Below are positions 53,671 to 64,000 of a stretch of DNA of 64,000 nucleotides, one piece after another. The notes below the pieces were generated by a model. That model did not search any database. It was not told the DNA's origin and worked only from the letters and a program-made list of their open reading frames with translations. The translations under genes and the position numbers were made by a program. Within the stretch, counting starts at the first letter, position 1. Each line of letters opens with the position of its first letter. Origin of the DNA: an uncultured Actinomycetes bacterium (lineage in GTDB: Bacteria > Actinomycetota > Thermoleophilia > RBG-16-64-13); contig CAVPLM010000017.1 in NCBI GenBank assembly GCA_963706025.1, positions 8,058 to 72,057 on the forward strand, given 5' to 3'.

Positions 53671-55002
53671 GTGGGCACTACCCTGACCAAAGGCGACATC
53701 ATCCTCATGGCGGAAGAGCGCGATGTCAAGTTCATCCGCCTGTGGTTCACGGATGTGCTGGGTTTCCTCAAGAGCATTGCGATGACCCGCCGAGAGCTTG
53801 AGGGCGCCCTCGAGGAAGGGATGGGCTTCGATGGCTCGTCGATCGAGGGCTTCGCTCGGGTCCACGAATCAGATATGGTGGCCATGCCCGATCCTTCCAC
53901 CTTCGCCATCCTGCCGTCGATCCCGGAGACCGGGGGCACCGCCCGGATGTTCTGCGACATCATCCAGCCCGACGGCCGGCCCTACGATGGGGACCCCCGT
54001 TACGCGCTGAAGCGTGTACTGGCGAAAGCTGCCGACCTGGGCTATACGATGTACGTGGGTCCCGAGCTGGAGTTCTTCTACTTCAAGGACAGCGCGCATA
54101 CCGAGGTCTTGGACCGGGGGGGCTACTTCGATCTGACCTCCCTCGACCTCTCCACCAATGTGCGCCGCGACACAGTCACGGCGTTGGAGTCGATCGGCAT
54201 CGAGGTGGAGTATGCCCATCACGAGTGCGGCCCGTCCCAGCACGAGATCGATCTCCGCTATAAGGACGCCTTGACCATGGCCGACTCGGTGATGACCTAT
54301 CGCCTGCTGGTCAAAGAGGTGGCCAACGCCCAGGGTATACATGCCACTTTCATGCCCAAGCCCATGTTTGGCGAAGCGGGTTCGGGGATGCACGTGCACC
54401 AGTCGCTCTTCAGGGGGCAACGGAACGCTTTCTTCGACCCGGACGATGCTTACCACATGACCTCTGTAGGCAAGGCCTATGTGGCCGGGCTGCTCCACTA
54501 CGCCCCGGAGATGTGCCTGGTGACGAACCAGTGGGTCAATTCCTACAAGCGTCTGGTGGCCGGCTACGAAGCTCCTATCTATTGTTGTTGGGCCCGTCGC
54601 AATCGTTCGGCGCTGGTCAGGATCCCCATGTACAAGCCGGGCAAGGAGCAGGCGACCCGGGTGGAACTGCGCAATCCCGACCCGGCGGCGAACCCCTACC
54701 TGGCTTTCGCGGTGATGTTGGCCGCCGGCCTGAAGGGCATCGAGGATGGACTGGAGCTACCGCCCGAGGCCACCGACAACATCTATGAATGGTCCGCGGA
54801 AGAGCGGGATGAAGCGGGCATCCCTTCATTGCCGGGCGATCTCGAAGGGGCCATCATCGCCTTCGAGAACTCCGAACTCATGCGGGATACTCTGGGCGAT
54901 CACATCTTCGAGTATCTGATCAAGAACAAACGGGCCGAGTGGGACGCCTACAGGGCTCTGGTGACCTCCTGGGAGGTCGATCGGTATCTCGAGATCCTGT
55001 AG
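53671..55002 (+). CDS. glnA: Glutamine synthetase type I
   Basis: FDGSSIEGF, GPELEFF, HHECGPSQHEID, FMPKP...GSGMHVHQSL, NSYKRLV.GYEAP, RVELRNPD. Confidence 0.92.
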   Translation: MGTTLTKGDIILMAEERDVKFIRLWFTDVLGFLKSIAMTRRELEGALEEGMGFDGSSIEGFARVHESDMVAMPDPSTFAILPSIPETGGTARMFCDIIQPDGRPYDGDPRYALKRVLAKAADLGYTMYVGPELEFFYFKDSAHTEVLDRGGYFDLTSLDLSTNVRRDTVTALESIGIEVEYAHHECGPSQHEIDLRYKDALTMADSVMTYRLLVKEVANAQGIHATFMPKPMFGEAGSGMHVHQSLFRGQRNAFFDPDDAYHMTSVGKAYVAGLLHYAPEMCLVTNQWVNSYKRLVAGYEAPIYCCWARRNRSALVRIPMYKPGKEQATRVELRNPDPAANPYLAFAVMLAAGLKGIEDGLELPPEATDNIYEWSAEERDEAGIPSLPGDLEGAIIAFENSELMRDTLGDHIFEYLIKNKRAEWDAYRALVTSWEVDRYLEIL

Positions 55003-55053
55003 GGAGGCGCCTGCCGATGCCGGCGCGGGTCCCCGCGGGAGGAGGATAGGCAC

Positions 55054-57792
55054 ATGGAGTCCGTCTGTTCCGGCGATCAGCGGGGACCGATCTTTCTCTT
55101 GGACGGCAGCAACATCGCCTATCGGGCCTTCTTCGCTCTTCCTCAGGACATCGCCACATCGGGTGGCTTTCCCACGAACGCCCTCTACGGGTTCTGTCTG
55201 ATGATGGTCAAGATCCTGGGCGAGTATCATCCCGCGGCCGTCATCGTGGCCTGGGACTCGCGCGAGAAGACCTTTCGAGCCGAGGAGTTCGAAGAGTACA
55301 AGGCGCATCGAAAACCCATGCCCGATCTACTCTCGGAGCAGTGGCCCTACTTCTCTGAGCTCTGTTCTGCCTTCGGGTTTGTCAACCTGGTCGTGCCCGG
55401 GCTATGAGGCCGATGACATCCTGGCCACTCTTGCCCGCCAGGCTGAGGCTGAGGGCCGGCCCGCCGTCATAGTCACGGGGGACCGGGATGCGCTGCAGCT
55501 GGCCGGTCCCTGCGTGCGCATCATGGCCAACACCCGAGGCGTGACGGAGGTCAAGGTCTACGATCCCCAAGCGGTGGAGGAACGGTTCGGCGTGCCCCCC
55601 CGGCTCATCCCCGACCTGATCGGTCTCAAGGGAGACACTTCCGACAACATACCCGGCGTTCCCGGGATCGGGGAGAAGACGGCCGCCCAGTTGCTGATCC
55701 AGTTCGGCTCGTTGGAGGAGGTCCTCGCGCACACGGACGAAGTCGCCGGGGCCAAGCGCAAGGAGCTGCTGCGAGAGCATCGCGAGACCGCCCTCCTCTC
55801 CAAGAGACTTGCCCTGCTCGACCGCGATGCTCCGATCGACTTCCATACGGCTGAGGTGCAACCCCACCAGATCCAGCGCGACGTGCTGGAAGAGTTGCTC
55901 ACGCGTTTCGAGTTCACCTCGCTGCTCGAGCGACTAGAGCCGCTGCTCGCCACGTCGCCACCTTCGGAGGCGGGACCGTCTGGACCGTCCGGAGCGGCTC
56001 TGCCTTCGCCTACGTCGGCGCCGGAGGACGCCGCTGCCTGGGAGAGCCTTCTAGATTGGGATCGAGCGGTGGGGCTGGCGGCAGACCGGCAAACGGCGGG
56101 TCTCTGGCTGGCACAGCCGGGGTCGGAAGCCGCCCCCGACGCATACGAGTCGTATCGAGTGGTCGAAGTCCAAGATCCCGCGCCGCACGCTTCGGCCCTC
56201 CGCGACCTCTTCGGCCTGGGTGCGGCCGTCTGCCACGATCTCAAGTCGGCCCCGGTGCTGCGCGGATTGATCGATAAGGCCGGCCACGACACTTACGTCG
56301 CCGCGTACCTCCTGGCTCCGGGCCGCAGGGAGTACCGCCTGGAGGACTGCGCGCGCGAGGCGGCGATCCGCCTACCGTCGTGTGAGCTCGGGGTGGGGGA
56401 GGCAGCCGCGGCAGCGACCGGCGCAGCGGCCGGCGCGGCCCTCGCGCCGAGCCGGCCCTCCGGCGGCCGCCAGGCCTCGGCGCCGAGCTGGCCACCTCAC
56501 CGGGCCCGGCCGCCGCGGCGCTGACCGTCCCCGTCGCCGCCTGGCAGGAGCAGATGCTTCGCGACCAGGGTATGTGGGATCTCTTCCAGGAGATCGAGTT
56601 GCCGCTGACCGGGGTGCTCATCGCCATGGAGTCGGCCGGCATACACCTGGACTGCTACCGCTTGGGGGAGATCACCGGCAAGATCCAGGATCAGTTGGAG
56701 GAACTGGAGGCCTGCATCTTCGAGTTGGCCGGCGAAGAGTTCAACCTGGGCTCGCCCCAGCAACTGGGCCACATCCTGTTCGAGCGCCTGGGGCTTGCCC
56801 GGCAGCGCAAGATCAAGACCGGCTATTCCACCGATGCGAAGACGCTCGAAGCCCTCCGCGACAGCCACCCCATCGTGGGCCACCTTCTCAACCATCGCGA
56901 GCTTTCCAAGCTCATGTCCACCTATCTCCTCGCTCTTCCCCAGGCCGTGGATCCGGGCACCGGGCGGCTGCACACCACCTTTCACCAGACGGTGACGGCC
57001 ACCGGCCGGCTCTCCTCGAGCGATCCCAACCTGCAGAACATCCCGGTACGGACGGCGCTGGGCGCGCAGATCCGCCAGTGCTTCACAGCCGAGCCGGGAA
57101 ACATCTTGGTGGTGGCGGATTACTCCCAGATCGAACTCCGTATCATGGCCCATCTCTCGGGCGAGCCTGCTCTCCTGGATTCGTTCCGGCGGGGCGAAGA
57201 CATCCACACGCGCACGGCGGCGGAGGTCTTCGGCCTGGCGGAGGACGAGGTCGGCTCCACCCACCGGCGCTACGCCAAGGCCGTCAACTTCGGGATCATG
57301 TATGGGATCTCGCCTTTCGGGCTCAGCCAGAATCTGGGTATAGAGCGGGAGGAAGCCGCCGCCTACATCGAGCGCTATTTCGAACGCATGCCCCACGTCA
57401 AGGCCTTCATCGAGAGCACCATCGAGCTGGCCCGGCGCCAGGGATACGTGGCCACCGTTTTCGGTCGGCGCCGCCCCATTCCCGAGCTTGCCTCCGGTAG
57501 TTTCCAGGAGCGTTCGCTGGGGGAAAGACTGGCCGTCAACTCGGTCATCCAGGGCAGCGCCGCCGATATCATCAAGGTGGCGATGATCCGCTGCCACGAA
57601 AGGCTTGAGAGGGAGTCTCCCGGCGCCCGCCTGGTCCTACAGGTTCATGACGAACTGGTCTTCGAGGTGCCCGAGGCTCTTGCCCCCGAGGTGAAGGCGG
57701 CGGTGGTGGAAGAAATGATCGCCGCCTTTTCTATGGAACCGGCCCTGGGGGTCGACGCGGGCGTGGGCCCCGACTGGCTTTCCGCCAAGTAG
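55054..57792 (+). CDS. polA: DNA polymerase I (frameshifts near 55400 and 56450-56520)
   Basis: LDGSNIAYRAFFAL, YEADD, GDTSDNIPGVPGIGEKTA, TGRLSSSDPNLQNIP, DYSQIELR, LQVHDEL. Confidence 0.95.
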
Positions 57793-57804
57793 ACCGGGTG
57801 GCCG

Positions 57805-57832
57805 TTGCTTTTCCCGGGCGCGCCGGTATACT
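57805..57832 (+). promoter_or_regulatory. Putative rpsA promoter
   Basis: TTGCTT, 16 nt, TATACT. Confidence 0.5.
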
Positions 57833-57901
57833 ACCGGCTCATAAGCCACGTGAGGGCGTGGCTTGCCCATGCGTTGCTTTGCGAAGGGAAACGGAAACTA
57901 C

Positions 57902-59719
57902 ATGCCAGACGAATACACCGACGAGAGCGTACAGACACTACAGGGTGGTCAGGACCTCATGATCGAGGTCGACGGTAAGATGGTCCCCAACTACGAGGCT
58001 ACGATGATGAGCTTCGAAGAGGGGGACATCGTCACCGGGACTGTGGTGCGCGTCGACAAGGACGAAGTCCTGGTCGACATCGGCTACAAGAGCGAGGGCG
58101 TGGTCCCCGCCAACGAGCTGTCGATCAGAAAGTCGGTGGACCCCTCTGAAGAAGTGGCTGTGGGCGATATCGTCGACGCCCTCGTCCTCACCAAGGAGGA
58201 CGCCGACGGCCGGTTGATCCTGTCGCGGAAGCGGGCGCGGTTCGAGCGGGCCTGGCAGCGAATCGAGAAGGCCGCTGAGGAAGGCACTCCGGTTTCCGGC
58301 AACGTCATCGAGGTGGTCAAGGGCGGTCTCATCCTCGACCTGGGTGTGCGAGGCTTCCTGCCTGCCTCGTTGGTCGATATTCGCCGGGTAGCCGATCTGG
58401 ACGAGTTCCTCGGTCAGAGCCTCGAGTGCCGGGTCATCGAGCTGAACCGGTTCCGCAACAACGTGGTCCTCAGCCGCCGGGCCGTATTGGAAGAAGAACG
58501 CCGCGGCGTGCGCGAGCAGATCCTCGACCGCATGAATGTGGGCGACCTGGTCACGGGTACCATCTCCAACATCGTGGATTTCGGCGCCTTCGTCGACCTG
58601 GAAGGCATCGACGGTCTGATCCACATCTCCGAGCTGTCTTGGAGTCACGTGAACCATCCCTCCGAGGTGCTCACCATCGGCCAGAAGGTCGAAGTGCGGG
58701 TGCTGGATATCGACCGGGATCGGCAGCGCATCTCCCTCGGTCTGAAGCAGACCCAGAAAGACCCGTGGCAGCAGGTGTTCGAGAACCGCCAGGTCAACGA
58801 GATCGTACACGGCCAGGTCACCAAACTGGTGTCGTTTGGGGCCTTCGTCGAGATCGAAGAAGGCGTGGAGGGCCTGATCCACATCTCCGAGCTGGCCCAG
58901 CACCATGTGGAAGACCCGTCTGAGATCGTGCGTCCCGGGCAGGACGTCAACGTCAAGATCATTGAGATCGATCCCGAACGGCGGCGGCTCTCCCTCAGCC
59001 TGAAGCGCCTCGAGCCTGAATACCGCATCCATGAGGATGCCTTGGCCGAAGAGGGCGAAGAGATCGAGGAAGGCGAAGAGGGCGAAGAAGGCATGGCAGT
59101 CGCTGAGGCTGGAGAAGGGGAAGCCTACGGCAGCGAAGCGGTGGATGTGGCTGTCGTTGCCGCCGAGGTCGACGCGCCGGTCGCGGCCGCGGAATCTGAA
59201 GCCGCTGCGTCCGAAGCTGACGCAGCCACTGAGCCGGAGCCCGAGGCCGTCGTGCCAGAGGCCGTGGAGCCCGAGGCCGTCGTGCCAGAGGCAGAAGCGC
59301 CGGTCGCGGCTGCGGAATCTGAAGCCGCTGCGTCCGAAGCTGACGCAGCCGCTGAGCCGGAGCCCGAGGCCGTCGTGCCAGAGGCTGTGGAGCCCGAGGC
59401 CGTCGTGCCAGAGGCTGCGAGCGCCGGGGAAGAGGCCGCTGAGTCGGAGGCCGTGGAGCAGGAGGCCGAAGGTGCGCCTGAACCTGAAGCGGCCGCTGAG
59501 GTCGTGCCGGATGCTCCAGAAGTCCTGGAGGCGGTCGAGAATGAAGCTGCAGCTGAGGTCGAGATTACAGCCGAGGCCGCGCCCGAGGCCGTGACTGCCA
59601 CAGAAGAAGAACCCGAGGCTGCGGCGGTCGAGACTGCGGTCGAGGCGATCGAGGGTGCGCCGGAGACGTCGGTCGTTGCGGACCCCGAGACTGTCGACGA
59701 GGCCGGCGAAGAGGGCTGA
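57902..59719 (+). CDS. rpsA: 30S ribosomal protein S1 (four S1 domains + long acidic tail)
   Basis: VLVDIGYKSEG, GFLPASLV, FGAFVDL.GIDGLIHISELSW, GVEGLIHISEL. Confidence 0.95.
   Translation: MPDEYTDESVQTLQGGQDLMIEVDGKMVPNYEATMMSFEEGDIVTGTVVRVDKDEVLVDIGYKSEGVVPANELSIRKSVDPSEEVAVGDIVDALVLTKEDADGRLILSRKRARFERAWQRIEKAAEEGTPVSGNVIEVVKGGLILDLGVRGFLPASLVDIRRVADLDEFLGQSLECRVIELNRFRNNVVLSRRAVLEEERRGVREQILDRMNVGDLVTGTISNIVDFGAFVDLEGIDGLIHISELSWSHVNHPSEVLTIGQKVEVRVLDIDRDRQRISLGLKQTQKDPWQQVFENRQVNEIVHGQVTKLVSFGAFVEIEEGVEGLIHISELAQHHVEDPSEIVRPGQDVNVKIIEIDPERRRLSLSLKRLEPEYRIHEDALAEEGEEIEEGEEGEEGMAVAEAGEGEAYGSEAVDVAVVAAEVDAPVAAAESEAAASEADAATEPEPEAVVPEAVEPEAVVPEAEAPVAAAESEAAASEADAAAEPEPEAVVPEAVEPEAVVPEAASAGEEAAESEAVEQEAEGAPEPEAAAEVVPDAPEVLEAVENEAAAEVEITAEAAPEAVTATEEEPEAAAVETAVEAIEGAPETSVVADPETVDEAGEEG
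59174..59416 (+). repeat. 123-nt direct tandem duplication with nested 30-nt repeats in the rpsA tail
   Basis: APVAAAESEAAASEADAA(T/A)EPEPEAVVPEAVEPEAVVPEA x2, starting at 59174 and 59297. Confidence 0.9.
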
Positions 59720-59742
59720 CGTTCGATTCACGAAGCGTGACA

Positions 59743-59772
59743 CGGGAGCGCCTCCGGGCGCTCCTCGTTTTT
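59743..59772 (+). terminator. Intrinsic terminator after rpsA
   Basis: GGAGCGCC-TCCG-GGCGCTCC-TCG-TTTTT. Confidence 0.7.
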
Positions 59773-59784
59773 GCGGAGGAGAAC

Positions 59785-60468
59785 ATGACCAAGAAGCAGT
59801 CTCGGAGCCGGTCTCCGCTCCGGCGGGAGCCTGCTCGGAGGTCCAGGCCGTCAGAGGGCGAGACGGTCGGTGTTGTCGCCCTCGGTCTCACCGGCGGCAT
59901 GGGCGCGGGCAAGAGCACGGCGCTCGCGCTATTCCGCGAACTGGGCGCCATCACTGTCTCGGCCGATGACCTGGTGCACGAGCTCTACGCACGGCCCTTT
60001 GTAGCTGCCGAGATCGAGGCCCGGTTCGGACCGGAGGTGCTCGACTCTCGGAGGGCGGTAGACAGGAGCCGGCTTGCCGAATCGGTACGGGGCCGGCGCC
60101 GAGAGCTGCGCTGGCTAGAGAAACTGATCCATCCCTTGGTGGAGGAAGAGATCGAGAAGATGATCGCGCGAGCACCGGTGGGGTCCGTAGTCGTCTGTGA
60201 GGTGCCGCTGCTGTTCGAGTCCGGCTTGGAGCGACTGTTCGACCTCGTGGTGACGGTGGAGGCAAGCGGGGAGACCCGCCGGCGGCGGTCGACCCATGAC
60301 TTCGACATGGACATGTTCTCCGAGTTGGAGGGTCTGCAGGCCTCCAGCGAGCGGAGGATGGCGGGCAGCGATCTCAGCTTCTTCAACGATGGCGACAGAG
60401 AGCAGCTGCGCAAGTTCGTGGGGGAGGCCTACGCGAAGGCGCAGGAGCTGCTCGGGGAATGTCGATGA
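59785..60468 (+). CDS. coaE: Dephospho-CoA kinase
   Basis: GLTGGMGAGKST, LEKLIHP, EVPLLFE. Confidence 0.9.
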   Translation: MTKKQSRSRSPLRREPARRSRPSEGETVGVVALGLTGGMGAGKSTALALFRELGAITVSADDLVHELYARPFVAAEIEARFGPEVLDSRRAVDRSRLAESVRGRRRELRWLEKLIHPLVEEEIEKMIARAPVGSVVVCEVPLLFESGLERLFDLVVTVEASGETRRRRSTHDFDMDMFSELEGLQASSERRMAGSDLSFFNDGDREQLRKFVGEAYAKAQELLGECR

Positions 60469-61106
60469 CAGAGCCGCCGCCAAGTCGCCCGCGGACGAGC
60501 CGCAGGCGCCGCAGGCTCCGCCTCGCGGCGCTGCTGCTGGTCGTCCTGGTGATCGTGATCGCCGCGGTGTGGATCGCGGCATCCCGCACGGCGGTGCCTG
60601 GGGTGTCCGCGAAGATCCATCCCCTCCATTACGAGGAGAGCATCGCGCGGGTGGCCGAGCAGAACGATCTCGACCCATATCTGGTGGCGGCGGTCGCGCG
60701 GACCGAGAGCGGTTGGGACCCCGGCGCGGTCTCCCACGCGGGCGCCGTCGGTCTGATGCAGCTCATGCCCGGCACCGCCACCTGGATCACCGGTCTCGAG
60801 AGCTGGCAGGGCAGTGATGATCCCGACCTCACCGATCCCGACGAGAGCCTGGAACTGGGGGCGTTCTACCTGGCGTACCTGGTGAAGTACTTCGGGGGCG
60901 ATATCCGCTTGGCGCTGGCCGCCTACAATGCCGGCCAGGGAGCGGTGGGCCGGTGGTTGAAGGATGGAAGCCCCGGAGATTCCCTGGAGCTCGCCGACAT
61001 CCCCATCACCGAGACCCGCGACTTCGTGGAGCGGGTGGAGTACTATCGTGATCTTTACGCCCGCATACACCCCGATGCTTTCGCCGCCGGAAGCGGGGCT
61101 ACATGA
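60459..61106 (+). CDS. Lytic transglycosylase (SLT domain) with N-terminal membrane anchor
   Basis: ARTESGW...SHAGAVGLMQLMP, ALAAYNAG, ETRDFV. Confidence 0.9.
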   Translation: MSMTEPPPSRPRTSRRRRRLRLAALLLVVLVIVIAAVWIAASRTAVPGVSAKIHPLHYEESIARVAEQNDLDPYLVAAVARTESGWDPGAVSHAGAVGLMQLMPGTATWITGLESWQGSDDPDLTDPDESLELGAFYLAYLVKYFGGDIRLALAAYNAGQGAVGRWLKDGSPGDSLELADIPITETRDFVERVEYYRDLYARIHPDAFAAGSGAT

Positions 61107-61160
61107 GCGCGGCCACCTTCGCGGAGCCGCCTGAGCGCGGCCGCCGTGAGCCGCGGCCAC

Positions 61161-63182
61161 ATGAGCGTCTTCCACATACGCGCCGACTACGAGCTCAAGG
61201 GAGATCAGCCCGAGGCCGTGGCGGGGCTGGTGGCCGGGGTCGTTCGCGGTGATCGCCATCAGACCCTGCTGGGTGTCACCGGGTCGGGCAAGACCTTCAC
61301 CATGGCCAACATCATCGCCCAGGTGGGTAAGCCCGCCCTGGTGATGGCTCCCAACAAGACCCTGGCGGCGCAACTGTGCAACGAGTTCCGCGAATTCTTC
61401 CCCGAGAACGCGGTGGAATACTTCGTCTCCTACTACGACTACTACCAGCCGGAGGCCTATCTGCCGGCGAGCGACACCTACATCGAGAAGGATTCTTCCA
61501 TCAATCAGGAGATCGACCGTCTGCGCCACGCTGCCACCTCCAACCTGCTCATGCGGGACGACGTGGTGATCGTCGCCTCGGTCTCCTGCATCTACGGTCT
61601 GGGCTCTCCGCAGGAGTATCTCGGGCAGGTGGTGCTACTGAAAGAGGGCGACGAGGTCAGCCGGGACGAGGTCTTCGCCAAGCTGGTCAAGATCCACTAC
61701 GAGCGTAACGACATCGGCTTCGTGCGGGGCAAGTTCCGGGTGCGGGGCGACAGCTTCGAGGTGTGGCCTGCCTACGACGATTACGCCGTGCGGGTCAGCC
61801 TGTGGGGCGACCAGGTGGAGGAGATCGTGAAGGTCGACCCGCTCACCCAGGAGATCGTGGCCCGGCTACCGACGGTCGCCGTCTATCCGGCCACCCATTT
61901 CGTCACCTCGGAGGACGCCCTGGAGCGCTCCCTGGGCGAGATCGCCGCCGAGTTGGAGGTGCGGGTGGCCGAGCTGGAGACGCAGGGCAAGCAACTGGAG
62001 GCCTTCCGTCTCCGCCAGCGCACCCAGTACGACATGGAGATGATGCGCGAATTGGGCTACTGCAACGGGATCGAGAACTACTCGCGCATCCTGTCGGGGC
62101 GGCAGCCGGGCGAGCCGCCCTACACTCTGCTCGACTTCTTTCCCAAGGACTTCCTCGTGTTCATCGACGAGTCGCACCTGACGGTGCCCCAGCTACACGG
62201 CATGTACGAGGGAGACCGCAGCCGCAAGACCATGCTGGTGGAGCACGGCTTCCGCCTGCCCTCCGCCCTCGACAATCGCCCCCTCCGCTTCGACGAGTTC
62301 ATGGAGCGGGCGCCACAGGTGGTGTTCGTCTCGGCCACGCCCGGGGAATGGGAGATGTCGGTCTCGACCCAGGTGGTGGAGCAGCTGGTGCGGCCGACCG
62401 GGCTGGTGGATCCCCGCGTGGAGGTGCGGCCCACCCGCCACCAGATCGACGATCTGATGAACGAGATACGCGCCCGAGTGGACAGGGGTCAGCGCACCCT
62501 GGTCACCACCCTCACCAAGAAGATGGCCGAGGATCTGACCGACTACCTGTTGGAGATGGGTTTCCGCGTGCGCTATCTGCACTCCGAGGTGGACACCCTC
62601 GAGCGCATCCGCACCGTGCGGGAATTGCGCCTGGGTGAAGTGGACGTGCTGGTGGGCATCAACCTGCTCCGCGAAGGCCTCGACCTGCCGGAGGTGACGC
62701 TCGTCGCCATCCTGGACGCCGACAAGGAAGGCTTCCTGCGAGGCGAGACCGCTCTCGTCCAGACCATCGGCCGGGCGGCGCGCAACGTGGAGGGCACGGT
62801 CATCATGTACGCCGACAAGCGGACGGCGGCCATGGACAAGGCCATCTCCGAGACCGAGCGCCGGCGAGTTGCCCAGCTGGCTTTCAACGCCGAGCACGGG
62901 ATCGAGCCGCGCAGCATCGTGAAGGGCGTTTCCGATATCGCCGAACTTCTGGGCATCAGTGGCACCGTACCCTACAAGGAGCGGCGCAAGACCGACCGGG
63001 GAGAAGCGATGTCGGCCGAGGAGATCGAGCGGCTCATGGCCACCCTGGAGGAAGAGATGTTCGCCGCGGCCGAGGAGCTGCGCTTCGAATACGCCGCCAA
63101 GCTGCGCGACGAGATCAGGGACCTGGCCCGCGACCTGAGCCTCATGCGTGGGGGAAGGGCTGCCGGCTCCGGCTCCGGGTAG
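61161..63182 (+). CDS. uvrB: Excinuclease ABC subunit B
   Basis: [46 protein letters not shown]-terminal UVR domain. Confidence 0.97.
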   Translation: MSVFHIRADYELKGDQPEAVAGLVAGVVRGDRHQTLLGVTGSGKTFTMANIIAQVGKPALVMAPNKTLAAQLCNEFREFFPENAVEYFVSYYDYYQPEAYLPASDTYIEKDSSINQEIDRLRHAATSNLLMRDDVVIVASVSCIYGLGSPQEYLGQVVLLKEGDEVSRDEVFAKLVKIHYERNDIGFVRGKFRVRGDSFEVWPAYDDYAVRVSLWGDQVEEIVKVDPLTQEIVARLPTVAVYPATHFVTSEDALERSLGEIAAELEVRVAELETQGKQLEAFRLRQRTQYDMEMMRELGYCNGIENYSRILSGRQPGEPPYTLLDFFPKDFLVFIDESHLTVPQLHGMYEGDRSRKTMLVEHGFRLPSALDNRPLRFDEFMERAPQVVFVSATPGEWEMSVSTQVVEQLVRPTGLVDPRVEVRPTRHQIDDLMNEIRARVDRGQRTLVTTLTKKMAEDLTDYLLEMGFRVRYLHSEVDTLERIRTVRELRLGEVDVLVGINLLREGLDLPEVTLVAILDADKEGFLRGETALVQTIGRAARNVEGTVIMYADKRTAAMDKAISETERRRVAQLAFNAEHGIEPRSIVKGVSDIAELLGISGTVPYKERRKTDRGEAMSAEEIERLMATLEEEMFAAAEELRFEYAAKLRDEIRDLARDLSLMRGGRAAGSGSG

Positions 63183-63211
63183 AGCGTCGGGTGGCGCCAC
63201 GGCGGCTCCGG

Positions 63212-63619
63212 TTAGCGCTTCGGGGCGGCTTTGATCCCCAGGGCCGCCGCCGTGCGCGCGAGGCCCCTATCGAGGGTCGCGAGGGCGACGCCCAGTTCCA
63301 GCGCGAGTTGCAGGTACGAGGCGTCGTAGGCCGTCAAGTCCTTGTCTCGCGCCAACCTGACGACGGCGAGCCAGGAGGGCTCCACCAGCCTTACCGGCAC
63401 GCGAAGACCGGCTGCGAACGCCTGCTCGACAAGCGGTGCGTCGCCTCGCCCCACGACGCACTTGCGGACCGCCACCTGTGCCATCTCGTACCGTAACAGC
63501 GAGGGCGCAAGCAGCCGTCGCGAGCGCGTGACCGCGTGCGCTTCGGAAGATCCGGGCTCACCGAACACCATCGCCGCGAGCACCGAGGCGTCGCAGACGA
63601 CGGCGTCGTCAACGCCCAT
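63212..63619 (-). CDS. PIN-domain (VapC-type) toxin
   Basis: VVCDASVL...YEMAQ...LTAYDASYL...TLD. Confidence 0.88.
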   Translation of the reverse strand: MGVDDAVVCDASVLAAMVFGEPGSSEAHAVTRSRRLLAPSLLRYEMAQVAVRKCVVGRGDAPLVEQAFAAGLRVPVRLVEPSWLAVVRLARDKDLTAYDASYLQLALELGVALATLDRGLARTAAALGIKAAPKR

Positions 63620-63845
63620 CGCGGAGTTCCCGGATCCAACCGGTGGCCTCGTCAGGCGTGGACAGGCCTGACTCACGGACGTGCTGTACCAGGTCGTCCA
63701 CCGATAGCTCGGCTTCTCCGAAGGCGGCCGCCTCTACTATCGCCAGAAGCTCCTTCTGCAGCGACCGGTGGTTCCGCTGAGCCCGAGCGCGCAGGCGCTG
63801 GAGTATCTCTTCGGGCACGTCCTTGATCGACAGACTGACCGGCAT
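63609..63845 (-). CDS. Arc/FitA-like ribbon-helix-helix antitoxin
   Basis: SLSIKDVPEEILQRLRARAQRNHRSLQKEL...WIRELRD; overlaps the toxin start. Confidence 0.85.
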   Translation of the reverse strand: MPVSLSIKDVPEEILQRLRARAQRNHRSLQKELLAIVEAAAFGEAELSVDDLVQHVRESGLSTPDEATGWIRELRDGR

Positions 63846-64000
63846 GGTGTCCTCGGCCTGGAAGTGGTTCTGTAGTAGCGCCATTTTAGCACCGTCAGGA
63901 TCAGTGGAATTGATTCTGCGGACATGATGCCGCCCGGAATTGCGAACATGCTGGGACTTTGGACCGAGGCGGTCATTGAGGCGGCAGGGATGGAGTGCCC

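Noticed and set aside
45877-59416. CRISPR-like arrays
   Set aside because: All repeats seen are in-frame coding repeats without unique spacers; no cas genes.
61104-61167. Short imperfect TGAGC(C)GCGGCC repeats between the transglycosylase gene and uvrB
   Set aside because: Too short and GC-rich to support a function; no SOS box recognised.

Overview
High-GC bacterial chromosome segment. The BldD orthologue, the polA-rpsA-coaE-uvrB order and the hisI-trpE linkage suggest a deep-branching, probably anaerobic Actinomycetota genome (inference). Many single-base frameshifts fall even in housekeeping genes, so this looks like an unpolished long-read assembly. Left flank (1-12.5 kb): class III aminotransferase (partial), cinA, a hisI-trpE-trpG-trpD-trpC-usp-corA-trpF-trpB-trpA operon preceded by a Trp-rich leader ORF, a bldD-like regulator and tRNA-Leu(CAA). 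Centre (about 12.9-53.5 kb) is a 40-kb catabolic region on the + strand with four parts. (i) A phloroglucinol-degradation cassette (BKACE, cupin, SDR, hydroxyacid dehydrogenase, cyclase) plus a pyrogallol transhydroxylase AthL/BthL. (ii) A tandem array of four divergent AthL-family molybdoenzymes with two Fe-S beta subunits that carry an extra [3Fe-4S]-type motif; three of the four share a repeated promoter cassette. (iii) Three Tat-lipoprotein solute-binding proteins sharing one Liv-type ABC transporter. (iv) An operon of creatininase, Rid, a membrane-anchored Mo oxidoreductase, a corrinoid protein and a pyrrolysine-free MtmB homologue. Two IclR regulators, tatA and a GntR/molybdate-binding-domain regulator accompany these. 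Right flank: glnA, polA, rpsA (long acidic repeat tail), coaE, lytic transglycosylase, uvrB and a VapC/Arc-type toxin-antitoxin pair. The best candidates for an undescribed system are the molybdoenzyme array and the Pyl-free MtmB/Mo-enzyme operon. No searches were run; family calls rest on recognised motifs and recalled reference sequences.
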